A stretch of 64,000 nt of DNA, taken from positions 7,316,001 through 7,380,000 of the forward strand of contig NC_043007.1 of assembly GCF_006345805.1 (NCBI RefSeq). The letters run 5' to 3'. The DNA is from Octopus sinensis (lineage: Eukaryota). Positions within the stretch are counted from its first letter, which is position 1, and every line of letters begins with the position of its first letter. The translations under genes and the position numbers were made by a program. This document shows, in pieces, positions 28,289-41,551 of this stretch. The notes beneath the pieces are model-generated. The model worked only from the letters and a program-made list of their open reading frames with translations. It had not been told where the DNA came from and searched no databases.

Positions 28289-28334
28289 GTCTCTCTCTCT
28301 CTCTTTCTCTCTCTCTCTATATATATATATACAT

Positions 28335-28422
<88 letters not shown>

Positions 28423-28460
28423 GGATAGATAGATGGATAGATAGATAGATAGACAGATAG
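28210..28460. repeat. Compound (CT)n/(TA)n/(TAGA)n microsatellite
   Basis: Direct inspection. Confidence 0.95.
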
Positions 28461-30147
28461 AAGCATGCCTTTGTGTATGCGCGTGCTTCATTCTAAATGC
28501 TATGTAGTTTACATTTTATTGAATGTAACACCTTTTTTTCTTTCGGCATACTGAAATAATTTTCGCAATTAATATATTTATGTTTTTCTGTTACCACTCG
28601 TCATTACCTGACTTTCCGGCTTAATGTATGTCAGTGAAAGAAAGCGTGCTGCAACCAATGTCAGTAAAAATAAAATTCTTCCCCGGCAGCGCTAATAATG
28701 TTTCACTCTTCCGGTGAAGGTGATGCTGTTGCAAGGAATCGAGATGTTTGTGGTTTTGACTCAGTTATTAATGAAGTCAGTGTGCCACCCTACAAGCTGC
28801 ATTTAAAATACACATAAAGATATATTATATAATTATACTAAATACTTCAGAACACTTTCTTTAATTTCTTTTATCTCCTGTAAATTCTGTGGTTAAATCA
28901 AACCTATTTTGATAAAATATGTAACAGTCATGTACTGCGTTCGATTTAGAAATCAATAATATAGTATTTAGGTATTGAAGAAAATGTTTTGGATCTAGGT
29001 TTATCTTAAAGTCAGTTACCTACAAATTTCAATCATTCTAAAGGTAGCACTAGTCATGTAGGTCAACGACAATTTCGTTTAAGATTCTTTCGATTTCGTC
29101 AGGAGAAAAGGTATGCTTCGATATAATACACAAGGCCTATTGAGAAGGCATTTTGTGGGAATTTAGAGTGATGTTCTGCATAACCATACATCATTAGTTG
29201 ATATTTTTGGTTGCAGAAATTACGATTCATTGTCAGAATAACAAAAATGAAATTAGACACAATAGGTATCTTTAAAGAAAAAATATATTCATGACTTAAG
29301 AGAGTGAATATAGCAAATCACCGTTGTTGCAATAATGCAATGCTACAAGACTTTGTGACATTTGAATCTCAATTTTTCATTGAATTCTTCATGATGTTCT
29401 ATGAATTATTTAGAATTCGGTAGAGCTGAATTATTTTATATTACATAAAAAGTAAAAGTAAAAGAAACAGCCACAGTTGTGTCTCTAGTTTTATTTCTTT
29501 TTACTTTCACTTTCTGCTTTAAAAATAAAGAATTCGGCAGCAACGATGGGTATATTGTTTCTTCTTTTTGTTTTCTTTTTTTTTCTTTTTCTTTTTTTTT
29601 TTTCAGGTCTATAGGAAAAGCTAAGTCTGATGCTGAAAAAACAAAACGAAAAGAAATATAAATTTAATGTCAAAATATTTTCACAGGGATTCATATAACT
29701 TTGCGTGTTGTAATTCACACGTTCACAAATTTGAAGCGTGTAATATAACCTATAAACCTTACACGCAATCATCACTTGGTGATGCTTACATGAGTACGGC
29801 TTCATGTCGTTTTTTTTAAAATAATTTTCGAATTACATGAAATATGGCCATTATATCGGCGCATATACATAGATACATACATATTTATAGATGTATGTAT
29901 ATATACATACATATATAATATGGAGAGGAAAACAAGTGTGTGTGTGTGTATATGTGTGCGTGTGTGTGTGTGTGTGTGTTGTGTGTGTGTGTGTAAATAG
30001 ATGCGTAGATAGAAAGATAGATAGATAGATATATAGATAGAGGTAAAAGGATATGGTCTGCCCCAAGAAGTATCTAGAGAATACACAAGCACACAGAGTT
30101 TATTCTGCATTATAAGATGGTGACGTTTGAAGCTTTGTGTGTATATA

Positions 30148-30240
30148 TTTGTTGTGTGGGCGCCCCCAAACGATGAAGTAGGCTAGTCAAATACGTAGAT
30201 ATAGAGGGAGAGGTTTAGACGTCAGGAGTTGAGTAGAGGT
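30148..30240 (-). repeat. Dispersed repeat fragment (also at 55140-55300 on +)
   Basis: The reverse complement CTCCCTCTATATCTACGTATT...CCTACTTCATCGT..GGGG.CGCCCACACAACAAA is shared between the two sites. Confidence 0.75.
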
Positions 30241-30644
30241 CACCCGAACGTACAGTATAACAGTATTGTATCTTAGTATTGCTCAGAATACATTCAATGT
30301 TTCCACTCAAAGAATTCAGAATTAATTTTAACACAAAATCCAATACTTGTATAAAAGAAAAGCATCTCAGATAATAACCATATAAAATAAGAACAGTGAA
30401 ATATATATGAATGTAGAAAAAAAAACATAAGAAAAATAACATTCAGTATATGCGCCATGTAACTTTCTACTAGTGATATGAAGAAATTTTCATGCATATA
30501 TATATATATATATATATACGTATACATATACGTATATATATAAATATATATACATACGTATATGTATACATATATATAATTATATATGCATACATATATA
30601 TTTATATATATACATATATATATACACATTCATACATAAATATA

Positions 30645-30749
<105 letters not shown>

Positions 30750-31602
30750 AAACTTAGATATGTTTCGTCCAAAGATTGGTCCAGGCCATGTCTAACTTAA
30801 TAGCACCACCTGATAGGATTATCTAAATCCTGTTTAAGTCAAGTTTTGTTTATGGTCCATTCAAGTAGTGAGTTTTTGTTGGGTGAGTTGTATCCAATTA
30901 TGGGTGGTTTATCTGGTATTCCTTGAAGGAATCTATCCAGACTCCGTTTAAAGTTGATGGGATCCTTTTCCTCTTTGATGTCTTTCGGGACAATGTTAAA
31001 TAGGGCAGGGCCTGTTGAGGAAAAGAAATTATGTTGCAGTGTACATGTATGCTGTGATCTTGAATTGGGCAGGGAAAGTATGGCCCGTGGTTCCAGTCTT
31101 GGATGAACCTTGAAGCTAATGTTCAGGTCGTTTGGGCAAAGTTGGAGGTATATTCTCCACATCGTACAAATGATGTACCGCTCACGGCGACGCTGGAGAG
31201 AGTAGAGTTTCAAGGCTTTAAGGCAGTCCCAATAATCGAGAGCAGCCATGCCTGCAATTCGTTTAGTGAGTGCCCTCTGGGGTGATTCAATCCTCGAGAT
31301 GTTTTGTCTTGTATGGGGAGACCACACTGGGCAGCAGTATTCGAGGTGTGGCCGTACAAAGGAGGAGAAAAGTGGTATGATAACACCTTGTTCTCTGGAC
31401 CGGAAAGTTCTTAAGATCCAGGAACTCATCCTACGAGCTATATCGACCTTATTGTTGATGTGTGCACTCCATCTGAAATCGTCATCAACAATTACACCCA
31501 GGTCTCTGATATTGTTAGAGGGTGTGAGCGGTTCCCCTGAAGGAAGAGAGTATGGCTGTTTTAGTGAGGAATTTCTTCCAAAATGCATCAGCTCAAATTT
31601 TA
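30750..31602 (-). mobile_element. 5'-truncated CR1/L2-like LINE (RT C-terminus plus 3' UTR)
   Basis: The 249-aa ORF 30839-31588 contains RDLGVIVD, VRPHLEYCCPVWSP and LYSLQRRRER. It is flanked by (TA)n. Confidence 0.9.
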
Positions 31603-31613
31603 TACATATATAT

Positions 31614-31772
31614 AATTAACAGAATGAGATAAAAAATACAAGGTTGAGAAAGATTTCTGAATATTTATAAAGAAAAGATCTTACAGCTGTTCCAGGATAT
31701 TTTGTAAGATCTCTTTATAAATGTTCTGAAATCTTTGACAGCCTTGGATTTTTTAATCTGATTCTGTTAATT
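31614..31772. repeat. Imperfect fold-back inverted repeat (about 70-bp arms), Penelope-like end
   Basis: 31614-31685 is approximately the reverse complement of 31703-31772. The junction holds a half hammerhead (rc GGAACAGCTGTA). Confidence 0.75.
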
Positions 31773-31789
31773 TTATAAATATATATATA

Positions 31790-31842
<53 letters not shown>

Positions 31843-32085
31843 TGCTAATATATGACCCACGTTGGACTTCTCATTCGTATCATCATCGAACCTTGAACCT
31901 AAATATAGTCAGTCCATAGCACTTACTCAGCATTACCTGACAACTTTGGGTCTCTTGACACTATTACCTCTCATAACCTCAATATATATATATATATATA
32001 TATGGGTGTGTGTGTGTGTGTGTATGCGTGTGTGTGTGTTGTTCTGAAAAATGCTTGTTCTGATGTCAAGTTATATATAAGAACA

Positions 32086-32172
32086 ATTAAGGATTACTCT
32101 GTACTTCGTATAGTGCGTGTTTATATATATTATATACACACGCACTATACGAAGTACAGAGTAATCCTTAAT
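32086..32172. repeat. Perfect 35-bp-arm inverted repeat with a TA-rich spacer
   Basis: ATTAAGGATTACTCTGTACTTCGTATAGTGCGTGT / ACACGCACTATACGAAGTACAGAGTAATCCTTAAT. Confidence 0.9.
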
Positions 32173-32173
32173 A

Positions 32174-32267
<94 letters not shown>

Positions 32268-32652
32268 TGTATGTATATATACGAAAATACCAATAGAATC
32301 AATTGTTATCATACAGAATTTTGACTGTGAGAATTGTATCAAATAAAGAGAAAATACACGTTTTTTTTTTACCTTCTTCCTAAAAATCTATTTTACAAGA
32401 TAAAACAACTTTTTTTGGTATTTGCAAACATTACGCTCCAGTTAATTTTAAGTGAGTATATAAGTTTACATTCACTGCTTCATATACCAATATCCTGGTT
32501 TATACATTCGGCTGACTCCAAGTTATTTCCCCATCACCGACATCGCTACCACCAAATCCAGTACAAACCAACACCATCAGAACAATCATCACCATCGTCA
32601 TTGCCATCGCTTTCTATACACCTTACTATTTACGGGCACATATACGTATAGA

Positions 32653-32696
<44 letters not shown>

Positions 32697-32885
32697 ATAT
32701 ATAAATATGTATGCATATATATATATATTTATGTATATATATAATATATATATAGATACATATATATATATATGTATATATATATATACCTATATATATA
32801 TATATATGTATGTATATATATATATATATATACATATGTATGCATATATATATGTACATATATATATATATTATATATATATATG

Positions 32886-32944
<59 letters not shown>

Positions 32945-33375
32945 CATATCTGTATAGATGTACATATACATTTCGTCTCAGTCTACTTGCTGTGCTTTCC
33001 AGTAAACCATATAGGCACACACACATTCATATACACACGATTATATACACACTCATACTTGCATGTAACTGGTATATATGCGATTTGTAAAGGAAGGCTG
33101 TTATTTTCTAAGAGTTCTATGCAGAATGACTTATCCTTTAGCTACGTATTTATTGTTAACTGAAGTCTACTCATGAGTGGGTCTTTGCAATGTATTATGT
33201 GTATTGGGATATTTTAAGAATGTAAATCGCTTCCAAACATAACATCACATCTTGTTTATGAAAAGTCACTTCCAAACAATGCTTTTTCTATACATAAGCC
33301 ATCACACACTCACATATATATATATATTTTAAATATATATATACGTGTGTGTGTGTTTATATATATATGTGTGTT

Positions 33376-33415
<40 letters not shown>

Positions 33416-34069
33416 TGTGTGTGTGCATTGCTTTTCCTGTCTGCTGTACACTAATATGTGCGATTGAAAATTGCCAAAATGGCGAAACGTGCTTGGGCAG
33501 TAAATGGTATTTATTGCATCTTGTTTTTTTATCAAAATGTTTCATGTGTATGTGTGTGTGTATGTCTGTGTGTGAATGTGTGTGTATGAGTGTGTGTTTG
33601 TGTGTGCAAGCATGCATATTCATTTGCACATATACCTATGGATTTATATGCACATAAATATATATGTATGCACACACAAGCACACAGACTCCCATGCATC
33701 AATAACTGACTTATGCCTTTAAGCCCACAATACCCCCTTTCACACAAAGAACCCAGCACTATTTCCCCATATTCCTCGCCCAGAAACACTTATTCACACA
33801 TAGAGACATCCATACACGAACAAACCTACAAACACCTTATCTTTTCTTCCTTCTGCTAATATCCCCCCCCCTTTTATTCTACTAATCCTTTACAGCCAGA
33901 TACTGGCCAAGCATTTTGGCGAACTCACACATGGCATCTCAAGTTGGTATTGATCTTAACACCTCCTTCTTTTTCTTCTTCTTACCGTTTCCAATTTCCT
34001 TTGATCTTATGCTTCTTTTCCCCTTCGATCCGACGTAGGGCTGTGTCAGAAACACTAAAGCCATCAACC

Positions 34070-34520
34070 CTTCTACTAAAGGCACAAGGCCTGACATTTT
34101 GGGGGTGGGGAGGTTAATCGATTACATCGACCCCAATGTTGCACTCGGTACTTAATTTATCGACCCCGATAGGATGAAAGAAAAATTTGACCTCAGCGGA
34201 ATTTGATCCCAGAATATGAAGACAGACAAAATACCTCTTAGCATTTCGACCGACCTGCTAACGAGTCTCCCAGCTTGCCGCCTTGCTAAAATCATTAATT
34301 ATCCTCTCTGCTATAGACACAAGGTCTGAACGATTTGTGGCTAGGGAGACTAGTCGATTATATCAACCCCAGTACGCAACTGGTACTTATTTAATCGACC
34401 CCGAAAGTATGAAAGGCAAAGTTAACCTCGGCGGAATTTGAACTCAGAACGTAGCGGCAGACGAAATACCACTAAGCATTTCGTCCGGCGTGCTAACGTT
34501 TCTGCCAGCTCGCCACTCGG
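34070..34520 (-). mobile_element. Two tandem SINE family A copies
   Basis: The reverse complement of the 4391 element occurs twice (34070-34283 and 34310-34520). Confidence 0.85.
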
Positions 34521-34834
34521 CTAAAATCATTGATAACAAGTCTTCCAACGAGCGTCAAGATGAAAACCTTATTGTGAACTTATCCCATCGTTTTTGGTTT
34601 AGGGGTTTGGGTTGTTTGTTTATCTTTTGCTTGATTTTGTTTTGTCTTCGTTCTTCATTATCTCTCCATAATTGTAACCAAACTTATACAGCGTTGACGT
34701 ATCCTCGCCTAAGCCTGTAATTCTCAAACATCTTTTCATATGCACACCTTTGGCTCCGATTTTATTCGCGTGGACCCCACCCTAAGCCAGTTGGTGTTTA
34801 GAAAAATCCTCTTATACTTTTATGATGCAACAAC

Positions 34835-35022
34835 AGGAGTGGCTCTGTGGTAAGAGGCTTACTTCTCAACCACGTGGTTCCGGGTTGAGCAGTCCCACTG
34901 CGTGGCACCTTGGGCAAATGTCTTTTACTATAGCCTCGGACCGACCAATGACTTGTGAGTGGCTTTGGTAGACAGAAGCTAAAAAAAGCCCGTCGTATGT
35001 ATATATATATATATATATACAT

Positions 35023-35067
<45 letters not shown>

Positions 35068-35300
35068 TATATGTATGTGTATGTGTGTGTGTACCTGAGT
35101 GTCCATGTTTGTCCTCCACCATCTCTTGACAACCGGCGTTGTCGTGTTTACGTACACTTAACTTAGCAGCTCGGCAAAAGTGACTGATAAAATAAATACT
35201 AGGCTCACAGATAATAAGTCCTGGAGCCGATCTGTTCGACTAAAGGTGGTGCTCCAGCATGGGCACAGTCAAACGACTGAAACAAGTAAGACAAGTAAAA
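34835..35300 (+). mobile_element. SINE family B
   Basis: GGAGTGGCTCTGTGGTAAG...GGTTCCGGGTT..AGTCCCACTG, internal (TA)n, and ...GACTGAAACAAGTAA. Confidence 0.85.
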
Positions 35301-35876
35301 GAAGCAAATTGTATTTTTTTTAAATATGTTAAAGTATTTTGTGGTAGAAGTATAAGAAATTTATTGCAGATAAATTTTTACCACAACAATTATACTGTAG
35401 CCTCGGGACCCCCGGGGGCCCTGTGGATATTCACTGAGAACCATTGGCCTAAACGGTAACTTATTTCCATTTGTTTTGAGGCTTCTGCTAAAAATACGCG
35501 AAAATTAATTTCTCTATTATAATTGGAAATTTCTATTTTTAACATAAATCTATCTTAACGATTTCTTTAAATTTTAGCTGCTTTTTTGCAATTTCGAAGA
35601 TTTCAATATTTTTTTAGTATATATTCCTTCCTTAGAATATTCCACAAATTTATGAGTGTATATGTGTGTGAATCTGTGTGTGTGTGTATGTGTACGTGTG
35701 TGTGCGCGCGTGTGTGCGCTTGTGGGTGTGCGTGTGTACATGTGTGAATATATGTGTACATATATATTTATATCTCTTTTACTCTTTTTTATAAATTCTT
35801 CCCTGGTTGTTGTGCTGGGATTTCGCTAATGACATTGCACGTGCGCGTAAAAACGCACACACTCACACACACGTAC

Positions 35877-35909
<33 letters not shown>

Positions 35910-35928
35910 ATATACACGCATACACACA

Positions 35929-35973
<45 letters not shown>

Positions 35974-35975
<2 letters not shown>

Positions 35976-36116
35976 AGCTTGTCCCAAAAGTTCGTAGAAA
36001 GTTCTTGGAAAATAATGGTCTTTCTTTTGAGGAATAATTTTTGTTGTTTTTGTTAGTACTTGGCGAGTAAAAATTCAATTTTCGGAAGTGTTTACGAACT
36101 TTTGGGACAACCTAAT
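35974..36116. mobile_element. Mariner-type MITE (about 140 bp)
   Basis: TIRs TTGTCCCAAAAGTTCGTA / TACGAACTTTTGGGACAA with TA flanks. Confidence 0.85.
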
Positions 36117-36122
36117 ATATAT

Positions 36123-36156
<34 letters not shown>

Positions 36157-37276
36157 CGCACACACAGACACACACACACATACACACACACCATTCAATT
36201 TCGAAGTCGAAGTGGCCCTTTTAGAATTCGATCAATTCTCCAGTCGTAAGAGATGAAGAATGTACCATTCTGTGCTCTTGAACATCGTCTACAGTTTTAA
36301 ACTGAAGAAAATAAATACAAATTGTCGGCATTGCATTTGTTGGATGCTGGGCGAATCCATAGATTTTGGTAGTTGGCACTAAATATATAACACGTTCTCT
36401 ATTGTTTCACTTCTTCAAACGAAAGACAAAACCTCGGAATGGTACATCTTATCATTTCATACATCTCTATCGCGGAACTAATTCATCGCAATTCGAAACT
36501 CTACCGCGAACCGGACAAAGCCAGAGCATATAGAAAGCCTTCATGTTTTTGATGCTCCTCATTGATGTCTTTCTTTGCAGCAAATTTTAATGTGCGCACC
36601 CGTGTCTAAATCAATGTTTAATTCTATTTGGTTTGTGATTTTATGGTGCATGTGATAGATTAAAATAGATAGTGTTTAAAAGTAAAATATCGAATCGATT
36701 ATTCCTTCGGATGTGCATAGAAACAAAACAGAACATCGCTGTCGTAAACACATTCTTTCAAAACATCATAAGACGAACAGAAACTTAATTAATATTCAAA
36801 AGTAACATAATATTCACAGGTTTTTAAAAAAGCTAGATTTTATTATTCCATAGAAAGAAATTCCATAAAAAGGTACTTCTGTTGATATTTCCTATTTAAG
36901 ATAACCGTCAGCGTTTAGTGGAAGGTGACGTTTCACCTGGTGCAAAACACAGTACATTAGGAAATGTATTGTCTCTGTCGATGTAAACGGGCCACTAGAA
37001 AACATAAGGCATGCTGACACATGCAGACAGCACACACATAAACATCTACATGCGTCAAAAATAAGAATATGTGTATGCCTGAGTGACTGTACAATAGATA
37101 CGTTCATACATATATACATATATATGTCTGTGTGTGTATGTGTGTGTGTATGTCTGTATGTAGCTAGATAGATAGATAGATAGACAGATAGATAGATAGG
37201 TAGGTAGATAGATAAACACGTGTGTACATCCGAATGTACTTAAGCATAAATATATATATATATAAATATATATATA

Positions 37277-38008
37277 CTAGCATTAAAGACCCGTCGTTGC
37301 CGGATCATAGTGCTAGTGCATGTATATATGTGTATATATATGTGTACATATTACATGTACATCTATATATATACATCTACACATAAAATGCAAAATACAA
37401 AGTTATATCTTGATATCGCTAGTGATAACAATACTCAAAATATATAACAGACTGGAATTGTTAGCTCTTCTTTTTTCTCTACATTGCATACTTTATTGAC
37501 AATAGTCTTTTCTTTAATTTAATTTTTTATTATCCATCTGAACTATTCCATTTCTGCGCGCTAATTATATTTTTAATTTATTCCCATTCATGTGAAACCA
37601 CTTATTCAAGTTCAAATCATTGATGCAATTTTATACCAATTGCTATTTTTACTTTTGTATGTTACGATTATATTATACTTTAGTTTGATTTTAATTATTA
37701 CTTACTACATATAATTCAATTGTTATTATTATTTTTATTGTTAAAGTGAAAGCATCTGACGTAAAATAGAGAAATAATTTTGTTTCACTTTTAACACGTA
37801 ATACTGAAATAGTGGAGAAGATATGATATTGCTATGGGCTCGCTCTAGGCAAGAAGTTGAACATTTGTTTTTGCCCATGAAACTGCATGGACCCTAAGTA
37901 AGACATGTGTAAAATTTGAATGAAATTGGTTGTGTAGTTCTCAAGTTTTAGGGAAACACACAGACAGACAGACACACACACACATTCTCAGTTTTATATA
38001 TATAAAGA
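37277..38008 (-). mobile_element. Non-autonomous Helitron
   Basis: On the minus strand it begins TC (38008) and ends CTAG (37277), inserted at A|T. A GC-rich subterminal hairpin lies at 37290-37304, and (GACA)n is near the 5' end as in Lep1-type elements. Confidence 0.7.
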
Positions 38009-38680
38009 TAAATATATGAATATACACACACACATATATATGTATATATACAGAAGATAGAAGCAAAACATTCATGGTTATCTATTATTTATAAACTGCA
38101 AAATCAATAGTGATTTCATTCAGAATATATTTCTTTCGCCATAAAATAACATCAAGTCATGAGAACATTACTTAGAAAATTAGGCAATCAATTTAGTTTT
38201 AATGAAATTCTTTCTTCACTGTTTACAGACTGGAAATTATGCTATAACAGCGATTTCCGAACTCTGCACGCACACACACACACACACACACATACCTATG
38301 TATATATATATATATATACACACATATATGACTGCTTTCACCTGAGAGATGGTAAAATGTAAGCTAGTGCATTTTACGCTTTGTTAGTGCTTAAGTGGCA
38401 AAGCAAACTCGCACACGAGGAAACAGACGTTAAATCAATAATTAAGACTTTTTTTTTAAATCTGTTGGCGTCATGGTAAATATTAAGAATGGGATTTTTT
38501 TCACTGATATGCCTTTTCCTTATTCACGTTTTTTCGCTGAATCTATAGTTTTTTATTGTGTAGCGTGGACCTGTATATGTGTGTGAATATGTGAATGTGT
38601 GTATGCGTGTGTGTACATTTACATACAGCATATATTTGTAGGCGCGCACACACACACACACACACATACACAGATACATA

Positions 38681-38711
<31 letters not shown>

Positions 38712-39459
38712 TATCTCCCTTCTTCTTCCTTTCTGTTTTTCTCTACCACTCTTTCTATAATTCTTCTCTTCTCCCCTTCACCGTTCCCTCTCCCTCCATC
38801 ACTCTTCCTCCTTGACGCTTGTTGCTCACACGTGACCAGCGGTTATCTATCCTTCTTTCTTCCACTTCCTTCCTAAAGACAACCCGTGCTTTTGCCTGTC
38901 TCTTCTCAAGGCTCGTTTCTCCAGCGTTCACCACTTCACCTCGTTATGGCTCAACAGCCCACACCGTTTGTTTTTCCTGTTTTGTTTTTGTCACCACTTT
39001 AGCAATCCGCAAAAAATCTCAAATTTTGTTTTACTTGTTTTGTGGGAACGACTGTTTTAATGAAGTCACGTCTTGGAACCCACCAAAGTAAAGAATGAAA
39101 TAAAACTCAGCCTTTTCTCATATGTGTGTGTGTGTGGATGTATGTTTGTATGTATGCGCGCCTCTATCCTCAAATCTTCTGGAGTCTTCTGGAGTCAGAG
39201 TAAACAGAATTTAGATATTTTTACGTGAGACTATTTCAATGCTCATTGATCATTTCAGGTCACGTGACTATGTTGGCAAAAAACCGGCAAACTGTTGGTT
39301 GCATATCTGCCACACGTTGTAGCGAATGTTGGCAATTACTGTCAGATGTTTTGATGACCTAAAGATTTACTGATTTGCATACATACATTTTTATATATCA
39401 TGTGTGTGGGTGTGTGTGAGAGAGCATGCGAATGAGTGTATGTGTGTGTATGTATATCC

Positions 39460-39860
39460 TTTTATTTGTTTCAGTCATTTGACTATGACCATGCTGGAGC
39501 ACCACCTTTAGTTGAACAAATCGACCCCAGCACTTATCCTTTGTAAACCTAGTACTTCTTCATCAGTTGTCAAGCGATGGTGGGAGGACAAACGCAGACA
39601 CACAATCACACAGACACACACGCAAACACATACACACACACACATATGTGTATATATATATATTATATATATATAATATATATTATATATATATATAATA
39701 TATATATATGCGACGGGCTTCTTTTACCAAATCCACTCATAAGGCTTTAGTCGGCCCGAGACAATAGTGTAAGACACTTACCCAAGGTGTCACGCAGTGG
39801 GACTGAGCCCGGAGACATGTTGTTGGTAAGCAAGCTACCTACCCGATACTCGGCCTGCGC
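39460..39860 (-). mobile_element. SINE family B
   Basis: Homologous to 14870-15270. Confidence 0.85.
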
Positions 39861-40960
39861 CTATTTATAAATGCATACATATATAGCCACAGTCAATCCT
39901 GCGCCTAAATATATATACATACAAACCCACACACATATATATACACACACACACGTTTATTCATGCTTGTTTTTACGTTACGTTATAATAAAACGAATTC
40001 TGCATCAAAATGACGGAATACTCAATAATTTTGTTGAATACAAATATATTATTCTTTAACAATTATAATTTTGCAATGACTTCAAAGTTTTGAGCATTTA
40101 AACCCTTATCGGACTGTAGTGCATTTGAGTTCATTTTGACTTTATGTAGCCTCTGTTAAGTTGAAATTTCTCGGGTAGAAACCCCAAGAATAAACCCCAA
40201 GCGACAAATCTGCTGACCAACCAACTAACTTTCGCAGCTAACAACATCATTTTGCGAACATTAAAGCATACGATAAACACACTTCTGTACTAACAATACC
40301 ATGTCATGTTCGACTGACAACCTCCACCTTCCTACAACAGAGAGGTGACATTTGCAACAAATAACGAAATCTGGTGAAATTACCATCTTCTTACATATGA
40401 TAATTTTAGTACAATGGAAATTTTGAAAACATTAAAGAACTTGTGTTCTTTTCTTTGAAATATTGAAAATAGAAGAGAGATAGAAAAAGAGAGATGGAGA
40501 AAATGAGAGCAGAGCTCTGAAGGAAGAAGGAGAGAAAACATAAGTGTATATTCATATTTCGCTTGTAAGAAATTGAGTGCTAGTGTAATCACAAATGTCT
40601 TCGTCAGTTACGGCTTAGTGACCCGACATTGTCAGTATTGCAGCATTACAGTAAAAATCTGATTTAATGGACACAAAATATACAATAAGCTTCTTCATTT
40701 GTATAATTACATGAATATCGATTAAGTAGAAAGATACGTCACTCAGCTTAACACATCATACTGATAAGTGTTAATGTATTCCGCAAATCTACACACTCAC
40801 AAATGTGTGCATATAAATATACGCACAGGCATACACATATACCTATATAAATATAATGCATATTTATATACACATATATACATATATATATATATATATA
40901 AATATATATATGTATACACATACACATATAAGCTTGAATGTATGTATGTATGTATGTATG

Positions 40961-40994
<34 letters not shown>

Positions 40995-41208
40995 TGTATG
41001 TATGTATGTATGTATGTATGTATGTATGTATACAGGTAGTGCATAACCGCAGTTTATACTCTAGAGGATGTTAAAATATATATGGCAAAGTCGACTTCAA
41101 CCAGCATCACAGTTTCGTAGACATAGATAAATATATTGTTGGTGTACGTATATATGCATGTGCGGGGGGGGGATAAGTACATACATATATATATATATGT
41201 ATATATAT

Positions 41209-41551
41209 AGGGAGAATTCACGAAAAAACAAGGGGCGAAAACAAGTGGTGTAGACAAAAAACAGAACTTTATTAATAATAAAATAATTAATAATTTTACC
41301 AAGTAGATCGGTACGTTAAAATAACATTTTTAGGTAAAAATACACAAATATTCTATAATTATAAACATAATTATAATGAGGGGTCAGTTATTCGTTATTT
41401 TTTACTTTTTTGCCTACGTAAAAAAAGTGTTACTGTCTGGGAGAACTTTACGGTAATAGAAAAGGAATTTTTAGCTCCTATTTCTAAATTCGATGCTTGG
41501 CGAAGCAATTAGCTGACCCCTAATTATAATTATGTTTATAATTATAGAATA
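41209..41551. mobile_element. Composite Penelope-like fragment with a 42-bp inverted repeat
   Basis: 41349-41390 is approximately the reverse complement of 41510-41551, and 41209-41265 is approximately the reverse complement of 46150-46208. Confidence 0.55.
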
